Below are positions 12,659 to 25,069 of a stretch of 64,000 nt of DNA, in pieces. The DNA lies in the NCBI GenBank assembly GCA_040285855.1, contig JAUFOQ010000006.1:496001-560000 (forward strand), read 5' to 3'. The notes under the pieces were generated by a model. The model was given only the letters and a program-made list of their open reading frames with translations. It was not told the DNA's origin and ran no database searches. The position numbers and the translations under genes were made by a program. Within the stretch, counting starts at the first letter, position 1, and each line of letters starts with the position of its first letter. The stretch is from Eukaryota sp. GEM-RC1. Taxonomy: Eukaryota.

Positions 12659-14289
12659 TCATCTAAGTGGAGCAAACAAGCTGCGTATGAAGTTTCTGTA
12701 TCCAACAACTTGCACGTTACTATTAGCGGATCGAAACTGGTTCCTCAACTTTTCAATTCGAATTTTAGCAGTATTGGATTTATCATGCTGATCTTCAACT
12801 TCAACATGCAGAATTCCGTCTGAATCGATAGTCATGGATACCAGAGCTTTAGCTTCTTTGGCCGGCATTCTTGGAAGATTACTGATTCGGAATGATCCAA
12901 GAAGTGTGTTTAATGAGACAATGCTTGCATCACCCTGGTAGACATCAATACTTAGAACAGTCTGATTGTCCTCCGTCGTTAAGTAAGTTCCACTCTTATT
13001 GTTTGGCAACGGAGATTGGCTTGGAATAAGAACACTCATAGTGTTTACTTCAGCAAAGCGGGATTGAGACTTTACTTTAATGCCCAAGTTATGGGGAGTA
13101 ACTTCGTGCAGGATGTGGTGATAGTAGCTAGCAGCCCCCGCTGCAACACTTTCATCCGGATTTAGAGTCTTTCGCAACTTTCCTGGAAACTTTCGCTCTA
13201 AGTATTCTTGAACGATAAGAAGTCGAGACGAACCACCAACGAGTTGAACAAAATCAATGTCAGAAGTTTGAAGCTTCGTTAACTGAAGAACTTCATCAAT
13301 TACTGAGAGACATCTGGCAACATATGGTTCGCAAATGGCATTCAAACGGGACCTTGTAAGAGAATACTCAAGATCATATACTTTAGCTCCATCAACTACA
13401 TACGATTCAACTTCAATATCAGCCTTTTTTTGGGTTGTAAGAATTTTCTTTGCAGTTTCAGCAGCAATTCGGAGTTGTGCTAGCTTTTTCTTCGAGGGGG
13501 GAATAACATGTATGGTCAGCCTTCCAGTTCTTTTTTAACGTTGTCTACTATTGCTTGATCGATATTAGATCCACCAAGGTCAGTATTACCGTGAGTTCCT
13601 ATCACAGTCACATCATCTGCTCCGATTTTAACAATAGAAACGTCAAAAGTTCCACCTCCAAAGTCGAAAACAAGAACTTTCTTTCCTACAGTGTTCGGAT
13701 CTTCTTCCTTGAGAGAGAGTGCCGCAGCAGTAGGTTCATTGATTAGCGTAACTTCATGAAATCCTGCAAGTTGAGCTGCTCGTTTGGTGGCCTGGCGTTG
13801 ATCGTCATTGAAGTAGGCTGGAACAGTGATGACAGATTTAGTTACAGGAACTCCAAGAACTGATGTAGCATTGTTTTTGATGTGAGTTAGGATTTTGGCA
13901 CCGATTTCTTCTGGTTTGAACTTAGTTTGGTTTCTGTAGTTCACAACAAAAGCAGGATCATCATTCCCTCCATCAACGATGTTGAAGTCATAAGTTGAAA
14001 GAGCGTTTTGCACCACTTGATCTGTAAACCTTCTTCCAATGAAACGCTTTGCATCGAATACAACGTCCTCGGGATACTTTCCTCTTTTGTTATGAGCATT
14101 TAAGCCAACGTCAAAGTCTCTGCCTTTAAACCAAACCGCTGACGGAACAGTTTTAGTTCCAGAATTGTAATCGGTCAAAACTTCGGTGAGGAAAGGTCCG
14201 AGACGTCCATCAGGATTACGTTTTTGACGACGAATTGCAGCACAAGAGTTAGTAGTTCCCAAGTCGATTCCAAGAACAAAGTCAGACAT
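12659..14289 (-). CDS. Hsp70-family protein lacking helical lid and EEVD, copy 1
   Basis: VLGIDLGTTNSC, TVPAYFND.QRQATK.A, INEPTAAA, VFDFGGGTFDVS, LVGGSSR, NPDESVAAGAA; one indel in the A-run at ~13535. Confidence 0.9.
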
Positions 14290-14327
14290 GAGGAAGAATT
14301 TTAATCCATTTTTCATTTGCTCTCCCA

Positions 14328-14505
14328 ATGTTATATGTTGTTATCGATCTCGGATCCTTTACGATCACAGTTGCCGTACAGAAAGATTTAAAGCGAGATT
14401 GTTTGAGTGACTGCTCTCTCTGAAATGTTATTCTTCACGACTATGACCGATACGTTATCGACGAAGGTTTATTCAAAATAAAACAATATGCACGAAACTG
14501 TTTTG
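14328..14505 (+). pseudogene. Truncated 5' copy of the divergent Hsp70-like gene
   Basis: Matches the reverse complement of ~16580-16754; CGA>TGA stop at ~14421. Confidence 0.8.
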
Positions 14506-14689
14506 AGTATACTGTGGATTTTATTTCTTGGATTTTTTCAGTATGCAGCATGCAGCATGAGATTGAATTAAGCAAGTAAAAATTGTATGGTTTCATTTTG
14601 GTGTATTTACTATTAGTTAATACTATTTAGTCAAGGTTGTGTGGAAAGTTGTCCATTTTGTCAGTTTCCATGTTAAATATACATTTTGG

Positions 14690-14880
14690 GTCTATGTATA
14701 AGTCTCCAATTAAGATATTTAGCTTATCAATACGGTGAAGTCGTTTGATTTTTTCTCTGTCCCGAACGAAGCCCAAATTGATTAAGTCAATCCTTATATT
14801 TGTGTAAGAATTGTGGTGCTGTCGAACAGGAATAATCTTCCGTGGTAGTACTAGTAGTGTCTCGCAGATCATATTTTGAT
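14690..14880 (+). mobile_element. CRE-like LINE 3' fragment
   Basis: Nucleotide similarity to 28945-29110 (FNLSIWHNRLIFSLFR region). Confidence 0.55.
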
Positions 14881-15200
14881 ATTGATTGATGTCCTATTCA
14901 TGTACAGTCTTTAATTCAGAATCTGTTTGTTTGTTTTGGAAACAAATATTTGGTTGCAAAAATAGCAGGAGAATACATTATGAATCAGTTGTATAGAATT
15001 TAATTTCTACCAAGTACACATGTGAAAAGATCACCTAATTGATTCACGATCCTGCTAGTTCTTTAACACCAGAACAGTTGTGGGGCTTCAGTTACATGAC
15101 ATTATGACTGATCACCTACTACAGTATTAATAGTCCATATGAAAAGATTAAAACAAATTACATTCTAGTTTATGATCCAAAAAAATCTGCATACATGTGT

Positions 15201-16754
15201 TTACTTTTTACTGGAAACATATTGAAAAGGGATAGTTTTCCAACGAATATGAAGTTCACACTGCGGTGTCTTATGATGAATAAAAGGAAGATCATTCAGC
15301 AATTTGATAGATCCTACAGCATGATACATCTCGGATGTATGAAACGATAACGCTAGACCATCCTCGACTACAAACTGTTGAGATCCAGCCCACGGAACAA
15401 ACCTGAACACACATTTTTTAGGACATGGAACAGAAGAAAATTCAAATTTACGACGACCATCAGGTGAAAAAACTGAGCATTCCAAAGTTAAATCGTTATT
15501 ACGCTTGGATAACAATGGAAACGTAACAATATCAACTGTTACTTCCAACTGAAATTGGTCAGCAAGAGATTGGTGAATCGATACCTCATCTAATTGCTGA
15601 ATATCTTGCTTCTCCTTTTGAAGTGATCCACTGGACTCCTTTTGAAGTGATGAACTTATAACATCCAGAGCTCCAAGTGCTACATCAGTTTTGGGATCCA
15701 ACGGTGTCTGTATAGATACATTAAACACAAGAGATGCAGCAGTTCTAACAGCCTCCAAACTAGCAATACCACCTACAGGAATAAGACGTTTGATGCGACG
15801 AGAACGATCCAACTTCGACTGAAATTCATACAGCTTTGACTGTAAAGCGTGGCAGAAGTCATGTAAAACAGTATTAGGGATTTCAAACTCAAAGTCAGAT
15901 AAATGTCCCACCAAATCATCCACAGTAACAGTGAATGGAACCTGACGTTTAGCTTTAGAACAAGCATTTAACAACTTCATATTAGAACGATGATTCATTT
16001 TCTCTCTTATATCAGGAGGGATTTGGGACAAACAATACTCAAACATCATTCTATCTAAATCTTCCGCTCCAAACCACCATTCTTGGGATTCGAGGTTAGC
16101 CCCTGTTTTGCTATCAAAGATTACCATTTTAGTGAGTAAGTGGCCAATATCAATTATACCAAAATTGTAAGATTTAGAAGATGGACGAACTTTGAAAAAG
16201 TATGCAGCAATGAGAGCATCGTCAACTGAAATGACTCGTTGTGACAACGGCATGCCACAGTTAGAAAAGGCTGTGCGCAACAGATCAACATGATTATTAT
16301 CTTGAAGTGATTTTGGTAAAACGATGGACACATCAAAATCGCCAGTCTCCAAATTCATCTCCAACTTCTGTTTCAGATGGGATATCAAAGGCATCAAGAG
16401 ATCCAGTTGCTTGACTTGGTCGCTTGACTCAGGATCTTCGGTCTTGGTGTGGACAGAGAAAACTAGATCACCATCCTCTTTGCGTTGAAAATTATTGCAC
16501 TGAGAAGAGCTTGAAGGGAGGGGTAACGAGGAGCTCCAAGGGAGGGAGGAAGAAGATAACAGATGAGTAACAGACAAGAAACAGTTTCGTGCATACTTTT
16601 CCATTTTGAATAAGCCTTCGTCGATAACGTATCGGTCATAGTCGTGAAGAATAACATTTCGGAGAGAGCAGTCACTCAAACAATCTCGCTTTAAATCTTT
16701 CTGTACGGCAACAGTGATCGTGAAGGATCCGAGATCGATAACAACTGTGAACAT
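15201..16754 (-). CDS. Highly divergent Hsp70/actin-fold ATPase-like protein (517 aa)
   Basis: VVIDLGS, GIIDIGH, FGAEDLDRMM, CSKAKR, PVGGIAS and DPKTDVALGA align with Hsp70 NBD motifs; C-terminus unrelated. Confidence 0.75.
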   Translation of the reverse strand: MFTVVIDLGSFTITVAVQKDLKRDCLSDCSLRNVILHDYDRYVIDEGLFKMEKYARNCFLSVTHLLSSSSLPWSSSLPLPSSSSQCNNFQRKEDGDLVFSVHTKTEDPESSDQVKQLDLLMPLISHLKQKLEMNLETGDFDVSIVLPKSLQDNNHVDLLRTAFSNCGMPLSQRVISVDDALIAAYFFKVRPSSKSYNFGIIDIGHLLTKMVIFDSKTGANLESQEWWFGAEDLDRMMFEYCLSQIPPDIREKMNHRSNMKLLNACSKAKRQVPFTVTVDDLVGHLSDFEFEIPNTVLHDFCHALQSKLYEFQSKLDRSRRIKRLIPVGGIASLEAVRTAASLVFNVSIQTPLDPKTDVALGALDVISSSLQKESSGSLQKEKQDIQQLDEVSIHQSLADQFQLEVTVDIVTFPLLSKRNNDLTLECSVFSPDGRRKFEFSSVPCPKKCVFRFVPWAGSQQFVVEDGLALSFHTSEMYHAVGSIKLLNDLPFIHHKTPQCELHIRWKTIPFQYVSSKK

Positions 16755-16792
16755 TGAGAGAGCAAATGAAAAATGGATTAAAATTCTTCCTC

Positions 16793-18422
16793 ATGTCTGA
16801 CTTTGTTCTTGGAATCGACTTGGGAACTACTAACTCTTGTGCTGCAATTCGCCGTCAGAAACGTAATCCTGATGGACGTTTCGGACCTTTCCTCACCGAA
16901 GTTTTGACCGATTACAATTCTGGAGCTAAAACTGTTCCGTCAGCGGTTTGGTTCAAAGGCAGAGACTTTGACGTTGGCTTAAATGCTCATAACAAAAGAG
17001 GAAAGTATCCCGAGGACGTTATATTCGATGCAAAGCGTTTCATTGGAAGAAGATTTACAGATCAAGTGGTGCAAAACGCTCTTTCTACTTATGACTTCAA
17101 CATCGTTGATGGAGGGAATGATGATCCTGCTTTTGTTGTGAACTACAGAAACCACACTAAGTTCAAGCCAGAAGAAATCGGTGCCAAAATCCTAACTCAC
17201 ATCAAAAACAATGCTACATCAGTTCTTGGAGTTCCCGTAACTAAATCTGTCATCACTGTTCCAGCTTACTTCAATGACGATCAACGCCAGGCAACCAAAC
17301 GAGCAGCTCAACTTGCAGGATTTCATGAAATTACGCTAATCAATGAACCTACTGCTGCGGCACTCTCTCTCAAGGAAGAAGATCCCAACACTGTAGGAAA
17401 GAAAGTTCTTGTTTTCGACTTTGGAGGTGGAACTTTTGATGTTTCTATTGTTAAAATAGGAGCAGATGATGTGACTGTGATAGGAACTCACGGTAATACT
17501 GACCTTGGTGGATCTCATATCGATCAAGCAATAGTAGACAACGTTAAAAAAAAACTGGAATGCTGACCAATCATGTTGTTCCCCATCGAAGAAAAAGCTA
17601 GCACAACTCCGAATTGCTGCTGAAACTGCAAAGAAAATTCTTACAACCCAAAAAACGGCTGATATTGAAGTTGAATCGTATGTAGTTGATGGAGCTAAAG
17701 TATATGATCTTGAGTATTCTCTTTCAAGGTCCCGTTTGAATGCCATTTGCGAACCATATGTTGCCAGATGTCTCTCAGTAATTGATGAAGTTCTTAAGTT
17801 GACGAAGCTTCAAACTTCTGACATTGATTTTGTTCAACTCGTTGGTGGTTCTTCTCGACTGCTTATCGTTCAAGAATACTTAGAGCGAAAGTTTCCAGGA
17901 AAGTTGCGAAAGACTCTAAATCCGGATGAAAGTGTTGCAGCGGGGGCTGCTAGCTACTATCACCACATCCTCCACGAAGTTACTCCTCATAACCTGGGCA
18001 TTGAGATAAGGTCTCGATCCCGCTTTGCTGAAGTAAATACTATGAGTGTTCTTATTCCAAGCCAATCTCCGTTACCAAACAATAAGAGTGGAACTTATTA
18101 TACTTCTGAGGACAATCAGACTGTTCTAAGTATTGATGTCTACCAGGGTGATGCAAGCATTGTCTCATTAAACACACTTCTTGGATCATTCCGAATCAGC
18201 AATCTTCCAAGAATGCCGGCCAGAGAAGCTAGAATTCTGGTGTCAATGACTATCGATTCAGACGGAATTCTGCATGTTGAGGTTGAAGATCAGCATGATA
18301 AATCCAATACTGCTAAAATTCGAATTGAAAAGTTGAGGAACCAGTTTCGATCTGCTAATAGTAACGTACAAGTTGTTGGATACAATCAAGTTAACAGTCA
18401 AAACTCATCACATGATGATTAA
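16793..18422 (+). CDS. Hsp70-family protein lacking helical lid and EEVD, copy 2
   Basis: Same motifs as copy 1; homopolymer indels at ~17550 and ~17583; ends VGYNQVNSQNSSHDD. Confidence 0.9.
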
Positions 18423-18904
18423 GCTTAGCTCTTTTCTTCATCTTGTAAATATCATCAATTCTTTTAAACTGGAAACTCTGATTTAACCAAAATAAATGGT
18501 TTTGTCAAATACAATCCTTTTTTATACTGTAGCGAAAAAGAATGCTTCAGTCCCTGTTCAGCTGTTACTGATTTAAACGAAGCATCCTATATTTCTGAAC
18601 GCATTTTGCAACTGCAGAGTTGTGCATTAAGTATAGCTCCGTTGTTAATATTGATGAAGATCTTGATTGTATGATTAAATTAAAGGCATTTAAGTACAGT
18701 TGTATCTAATGAATTCTAATGAAGCTTTATCTATAATCGTACCATATTTAATTTTGCATCGTTATTCCACACAGGAAACGGAGAGACGTTTCAAACAATA
18801 GTGTCATCTACTACGTACACTCCAGGAAACATTTAGTCTCACTGCAGATTCTGTGTTCGAAGACACGCGTGGACACGTTTGGACACGAACACGCAGACTT
18901 GTAG

Positions 18905-19055
18905 TGTTGAGATGGAATCACGATGTTGTTGTAATGGATCAGCCAATATCATTGTTTTCACAGTATCTCGCCGGAAAATCGTTATCCGTCGGGTTCGGAA
19001 TCCATTGTATGTGTTTCAATTATTCGAGAAAGCGATTTCAACTCGTACTGTTTAG
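18905..19055 (+). pseudogene. 3' fragment of the PH-like gene family
   Basis: Aligns with 1723-1879; starts a direct duplication running to ~20930. Confidence 0.75.
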
Positions 19056-19488
19056 TCGAAAATAATAATGCATCCTTAAACCATGTAGGACAAACTGGGT
19101 TGTTTAAGATCGCTACAATGTTCACTTATTTGAAAACTGGTTGAAAACCGTGAATTTTCTTTTAAGACTTTCTTTCCAGGTTTTACAGTAAATTGAACAT
19201 GGGGTCAATTTCATTGCATTTTTAGAAACAATTATTGTTAAAATCGACAGCATTCTTTATTTGTAACTGTTGAGTAAAAGACGTATTTATTGTGTATTCA
19301 CTAAGTTTTTGATGATGTAAGTCCACTAAATTCGTTGGATAACAGGGTTGTCATGCGCTATACGTGTTTTGATGTCAGAATTTTTCGAGCGAGATGTCAT
19401 TGTTTTCGAAAATCAAATTTCGTTGACAAAATACACTGAAACAAGAACATCAAAAATAATATATTTACATTTTTACAATTTTAATGTA

Positions 19489-20373
19489 CAGTAAACTCTC
19501 TCTAATTGCAACCCCTGTAATTGAAAACTCTCTGAAATTGCAACAAAAACCCATGCCACCGAGTAAAACAATACCAAATTGAAAATTGCAACAATTGCAA
19601 CAGCTTTTGAGACCTAATTGAAACATTGAAGTCAACATTACACTGTATTCTGGTTGTCGCATCTATAGCTAGCTGCCATATATTGATGTTAGTGTGAAGA
19701 AAGAGGAAGACGTTGTTGTGTTTCATAAATCCTACAGTAATCTTCTGGTTTTTCCCATCATCAACTTCAATGTCCCGTACACAGTACTGAACATCAACCA
19801 AAAGTCAAATACAAATGCATGCTCGTCAATATTTTGAAGATGAAGAAAATACAGAAACTGTAACTGCAGAACCTTTCCTCAAAAAAAAGAACTGAATCAT
19901 TGTTTGAGAATTTTCTCCAATCGTGTTGAAATACATTAGTTTAATGACTTCACTGCTCTAAATCAAGTGATGATAGATCTTCCAGTAGTGCTGGGGGAAA
20001 AGAGGGAGAAAAGATTGGTTCATTTTTTGTCACCCTTACGAAATATCAAAGAAACACTTACTACTAGTATGTACCATTGTGTAAAGAGTACTGTCGATAG
20101 TAAGTAAAAGTATTTTTGAAAAGCGGGATGATTAATTTGAGCCATGATAATAACATTTGTTTAAGTCCAAGCATTCATGGTAGTTTTATTGTGGATCAGA
20201 CTTGTTAATTTGCTCTTGCAGACTAATTAATAACATATTTGATGTTCTGGAATAAATATGGATGTTGTATTTAGTTTAGAGTAGCTTTATAGGAACTCTC
20301 TGTAATTGAAAACTCTCTGAAATTGAAACGAAACTCCATTCACCAAGTCGTTTCAATTAGAGAGAGTTTACTG
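19489..20373. mobile_element. Tc1/mariner (pogo-like) MITE
   Basis: Perfect 20-bp TIR CAGTAAACTCTCTCTAATTG; TA on both sides; absent from the paralogous site ~2360-2400. Confidence 0.92.
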
Positions 20374-21578
20374 TAGTTTAAATTTCAACTATCATTCATT
20401 GTCAAAATGTATTAACTGATAAATGAATCTAGATACATGTGCTCAAAGCAATCCTACAGTTGTATAATATTTAGTTAAAAGAGCTCATTACCATGTACTG
20501 TAGTTCTATTTCAAATTTTGGTAACAATGACCGAGCCATTTCAAAATTATTCAATGATTTTGACCGTTGGAGACTTCTAATAGACAGTTTGTTATTGGCT
20601 ATTGCGGTATAAATCGTATTTTCCCTCAATAGAAGCGTTTCCAAAGAGTTAAATCTATTCTAAGTTGACTAGAGACAATTCGCGAGTCGTTGGGCCAATT
20701 GCGGCTGTATTCAGTCGCTAACAGTCAGCAAATGTAAGAAACGACATTGATGAACTCGTAAAACCAGTCTTAGTTGAGTATTTTGTACTGATTCAGACTC
20801 TTATTTAGTACGAATGAATCAATTGTTTCAAATATATCAGTAATTCCTGGCAAATGCAGAAGTAATTAACATACAAATGTTTTCAAATAAATTTGTATAT
20901 ACTTCCTGATATAGTACCGTATTAAAAATGGCTGAAACGCAAATCACTGAATAATGTCAAAATAGTGACATGACTTTAGTTGATGCAATTATATTTATCG
21001 TCGGTTGAGCTTTTTTTATTAGGTCAGCCAACAATAGCGACACACAAAATGCGTTCTCAAAAGGACACTCTGCCCTTGCAAACTACTGAAACATGAAGGA
21101 TAGCAAAAAAATAGAAATACGGTAAATATATCTAGAACTAAGCATACCTAAAAAACTTATAAGAGTTCTTCATCAAATAGAAGATCAAATCAATTAATGT
21201 TCTACTACATGTTGAACATAATTCAGTGACAACCAGAGCCACAAAGGCACTTGCTAAAAGAATCTTACCCGTAGGGGATGTTCTAAACATAGTGAAAGGT
21301 TCTCTTGAAGAAAGAGTCTCAATTTTGTTGAATGATATTCTTGATCATTTACCCAATTTACTAGAACGACAGTCTCCTTCGATCCAACGTTTCCTTCAAT
21401 AAGTCGTGTGCTCTTAAATGACGCATTATCAAGGGTGGACTGTATAATGCAAATAATCATTCGATACAATACAAGAATTACCCGACACACGAGACTCGGT
21501 GTATTGTTTTTGCAAGGATTGGAACTCTGTGATGAAATTAATTAAAATTTCAACCCTCTTCTAAACCAACTTCAAGGA

Positions 21579-22020
21579 ATGAATTACGATAATCAAAACC
21601 ATCACTCTGAAGCAGTGTACAGTAGTATCCAGATTCCTGATGACAGTCTTTCCTTTGACGAGTCAATAATGGCCCCTTCTTCTAAGAACGAGAGCATTCT
21701 CTGGGAAGGACGTCCCAATGTCTCTATATTGGATTGGGTTTGTTCAGCTCTTGTTCTTACCGTAGCCATTGAACACCTATCGCTACATGTTAACAAACAA
21801 AATGTTTGTCGCCAAAACGGGATGGCTCACGCGATCTTACTCTGTTTTCCCCATTTCTCACATTGCTGGCGTTGAGATGGAAGTAGGTTGTTGCTGTAGT
21901 GGGTCAGCTAATATCATTGTTTTCACTGTATCTCGCCGAAAAATCGTTATTTATAAGGTTCGGAATCCGTTGCACGTTTTTAAATTATTCGAGAAAGCGA
22001 TCTCAACTCGTACTGTTTAG
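21579..22020 (+). CDS. Small PH-like (bPH_2-like) protein with one TM segment
   Basis: ESILWEGRP, hydrophobic stretch, YRY.LTNK, KTGWLTR, I..VRNP; frameshift near 21770. Confidence 0.55.
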
Positions 22021-22331
22021 TAATTCTCATTGTCTCAATTTTAAAGCAAACTTACAGTCATGGCAAAATAGAAGTGTTATTCAAAACAGAGTTCTTGATA
22101 TGAATACACACGTGTGTAACTTAACACATTCTAAAGTGGAATATCTATTGTCCGGAATTAATTTATACAAATTTCAAAATCATGTGCGAAATGACAGTGT
22201 CGTTTTCCGCACAGAGTGATAGTACTATAGCAAATTAACACACTTCAATGCAGTATGCAGATAGATGTAAATATATATTATAACACGATGATAATCATAC
22301 ATCTTCAACAACGAGTTTATTTACAAAAGCC

Positions 22332-23138
22332 TCACCGTAGAGTATGGCCCGTTCCTTTAAAAACCGACTCTGACTTAGACTTCTGTGGTCTTGCACTTTG
22401 AACATCATCTGAAGGCACTTCAATCTCTTCCCCGAATCCACGAATGTTATAACCAAACTGTCTAACCCAAACAGGATCATCATCCTTCACAACCTGCTTA
22501 GACGGAACTTCTGGCTCCTTATAACCAACAGGTGCTTCAAACTCTGTAACCATATCTGTTTCTATTAGAGACACTGCATTAGCTGGCTGCAGTTCCAGTA
22601 CTGCTAAATCAAATGTCTTGTTCCCAAACTTTATCCTGGGAACGTCTCCGACTGTGAATGTTGGGTATTGCCGAAGAAGATACTCTAACACTGCTTTTGG
22701 TTGGTCAATCTCAAGAAATTCTACTGACTGTGGTTGGAATTTGACATAGGTTCCCTTTGGTAGATTAACATATTCAACATGAACATGATCTTGAACGTCT
22801 AGAAGAAGGTTTTCCATCATCCAAAAGGGCATCAGACATACTCCCGGACTCGATGAGAACTCAGCTACTCCAGCATGTGTCTGATTTCCAGTCCTGGGGT
22901 TTGTAAGTCTGAACATGTAGGGATACTGTAGATCCATTTGACCAGAGGTGAGATTCAGCTAAAGAGACATACTGAGTTTGTGAAGAGCTTCTTCAGGTAG
23001 TATGATATTTCCGGTGAATTCATACTGTTCTTTTCCTGCAAAAGCCACAGGATTTGCATTATAAGTTGCACTAAAAGGAGCACCACGACGACGCTGATGA
23101 TGGGATCCGATCGAAATATGAGATAATCTGGGGTCCAT
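22332..23138 (-). CDS. UFD1: Ubiquitin fusion degradation protein 1, one 30-nt intron at 22943-22972
   Basis: GNIILPEEAL, YPYMFRL, THAGVAEF, PFWMMENL, LPKGTYVKFQP, EFEAPVGYKE, C-terminal FKGTGHTL SHP box. Confidence 0.93.
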
Positions 23139-23199
23139 AGATGAGAAGGAAAAATTGAATCTCCAAACTACACTAGCAGCTAGATTAGATTGCTGTTTG

Positions 23200-24820
23200 A
23201 TGCCTTCTCCCCCACCTACAATAAATCCTCCTGAAGGACATTACATCATCAATGAAGGTTCTGCTGCAGTTATCGCAAGTAATTCTGTTTTCTTCAACAA
23301 AGTACAAACATTTAACCGCGACATCACTCTCCTGGCCATTCATGCTTTCAACAATATGCGTGTCAAGCAATGGAAACGTGATGTTCCTCCTCGTAAACTC
23401 CGCATCCTAGAAGCTCTCTCTGCTACTGGTCTCAGAGCCATTAGGTTTGCAAAAGAACTCCCATCTGAGTCTCTGGGTGAAGTCATAGCAAACGATATAT
23501 CCCCAGCAGCATGTGAACAAATTCTCCAGTCCATTGGAAGCCAACAACTTATCCTCATCGGTTATCTGCACTTGTTCTGATGCCAATCTTCTCATGTACC
23601 TAGCTTCCAAAGGAATTTCTCTTAATGACACTATTTCCATCAAACCTTTTTCCCCAGAAACCTCCTCCCTCATCCCTTCTACTTCTCCCTCTACTTCTCC
23701 TTGGGATTCCTCCTTCTTCGACGTTGTTGACATTGATCCTTTTGGTTCTGCTTCCCCCTTCGTTGATGCTGCCATAGCCGCCGTTAGACCAGGAGGACTC
23801 CTCTGTATTACTTCCACTGACCAAGCTGTACTTGTGGGCCAGTACACTGACAAATGCTTCACCAAATACCAATCTGTACCAATGCACACTTCTTGTTGTA
23901 AGGAGAGTTCTGTTAGATCTCTGTTAACTTGTGTGATGACTGCTGCAGCTAAGGTTGATCGTATAATCACACCTTTATTGTCTCTTAATGTTGACTTTTA
24001 TGTGCGGTGTTTTGTACGTGTTGATAGAAGAGGAAATCCGAAAGTAATGGCTCGACAAATGATTCGAACCGCTTTCTGCAACAGTTGTCACTCCTTCTTC
24101 AATGAGAATCTTGTTGAACCAAACAATAGTAACAGACTTCTCCCAGGTCACCGTGAGCACAGCGTCTGTCCAGTGTGTGATGGAAAGTTAAGAGAAGCTG
24201 GGCCTTACTGGGGAGATGTTGCTCATAGCTCAGACTTTGTACAAGAGATGTTGAGGGTTGTAGAGGATCCAAAATGTGGGGAGGGGTTTCCTTATGTTAC
24301 CACTACAGATAGAATTAGAGGTATTCTTACCATGGCTAAGGATGAACTTGAAGTCAAGACTCCTTTCTATTACTCCCTCGATAGAATGTGTTCTGTCCTC
24401 AAGATCTCATCACCTCCTTCAATTGATGCTAGGTCTGCTCTGCTTAACAAGGGTTTTCTTGTGTGTCAGTGGCATGGAGATCGAAAGGCCTTCAAGACCA
24501 ATGCTCCGTGGAAGACTGTGTGGTCTATGGTAGTATCCCATGGGAAAGAGTTTTTAAAGGGAGTTGAGTGGGATGAGAAGGATGCAAAGTATCATAAGAG
24601 AGCTATTATCTTCTCTAAAGATTGGGAAAGTGATTGGGATTGGAGTAGGAATGATGGAGCTCTATTATCCAGTAGAAAGACCGGAGTTAAGAAGTTTCCT
24701 CAGAATCCTGAGCCTTATTGGGGTCCTGGATCTCTTCCTACTAATGATAAGAAGTTGAGTGACAGGAAAAGAAGGAGTAGTGAGGATTCTGAAGAGAAAA
24801 AGCTGAGGGAAGAGGAGTAG
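23200..24820 (+). CDS. TRM1: tRNA (guanine26-N2)-dimethyltransferase
   Basis: VFFNKVQTFNRD, ILEALSATGLRAIRF, FDVVDIDPFGS, GGLLCITSTD, DFYVRCFVRV, NPEPYWGP; indel at ~23530. Confidence 0.95.
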
Positions 24821-25069
24821 TTGTTTACCTTAGTCTAGTATATTTAGAATTTTTCATTTTTTTAATTCTTGATCATTTTAATTACCTATGATTGGTGTTA
24901 GTTTTGGTTTAACACAAGGGATTACTGAATAGTAAAGTAATATTCAACGCTTTTTAAAATTCAGCGTGTTAGATTACCAAAAAAGATTCTGATTCATGTA
25001 AACAGTCCAGTTTAACACCATCCATTGGTGGTCTGAATATGTCTCCTGAGTCTGAAAGCTAGTAAAAGA

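Noticed and set aside
18850..18906. CACTA element end (..CTTGTAGTG) with GACACG repeats truncating the PH-like gene
   Set aside because: No matching left TIR or TSD found in the window
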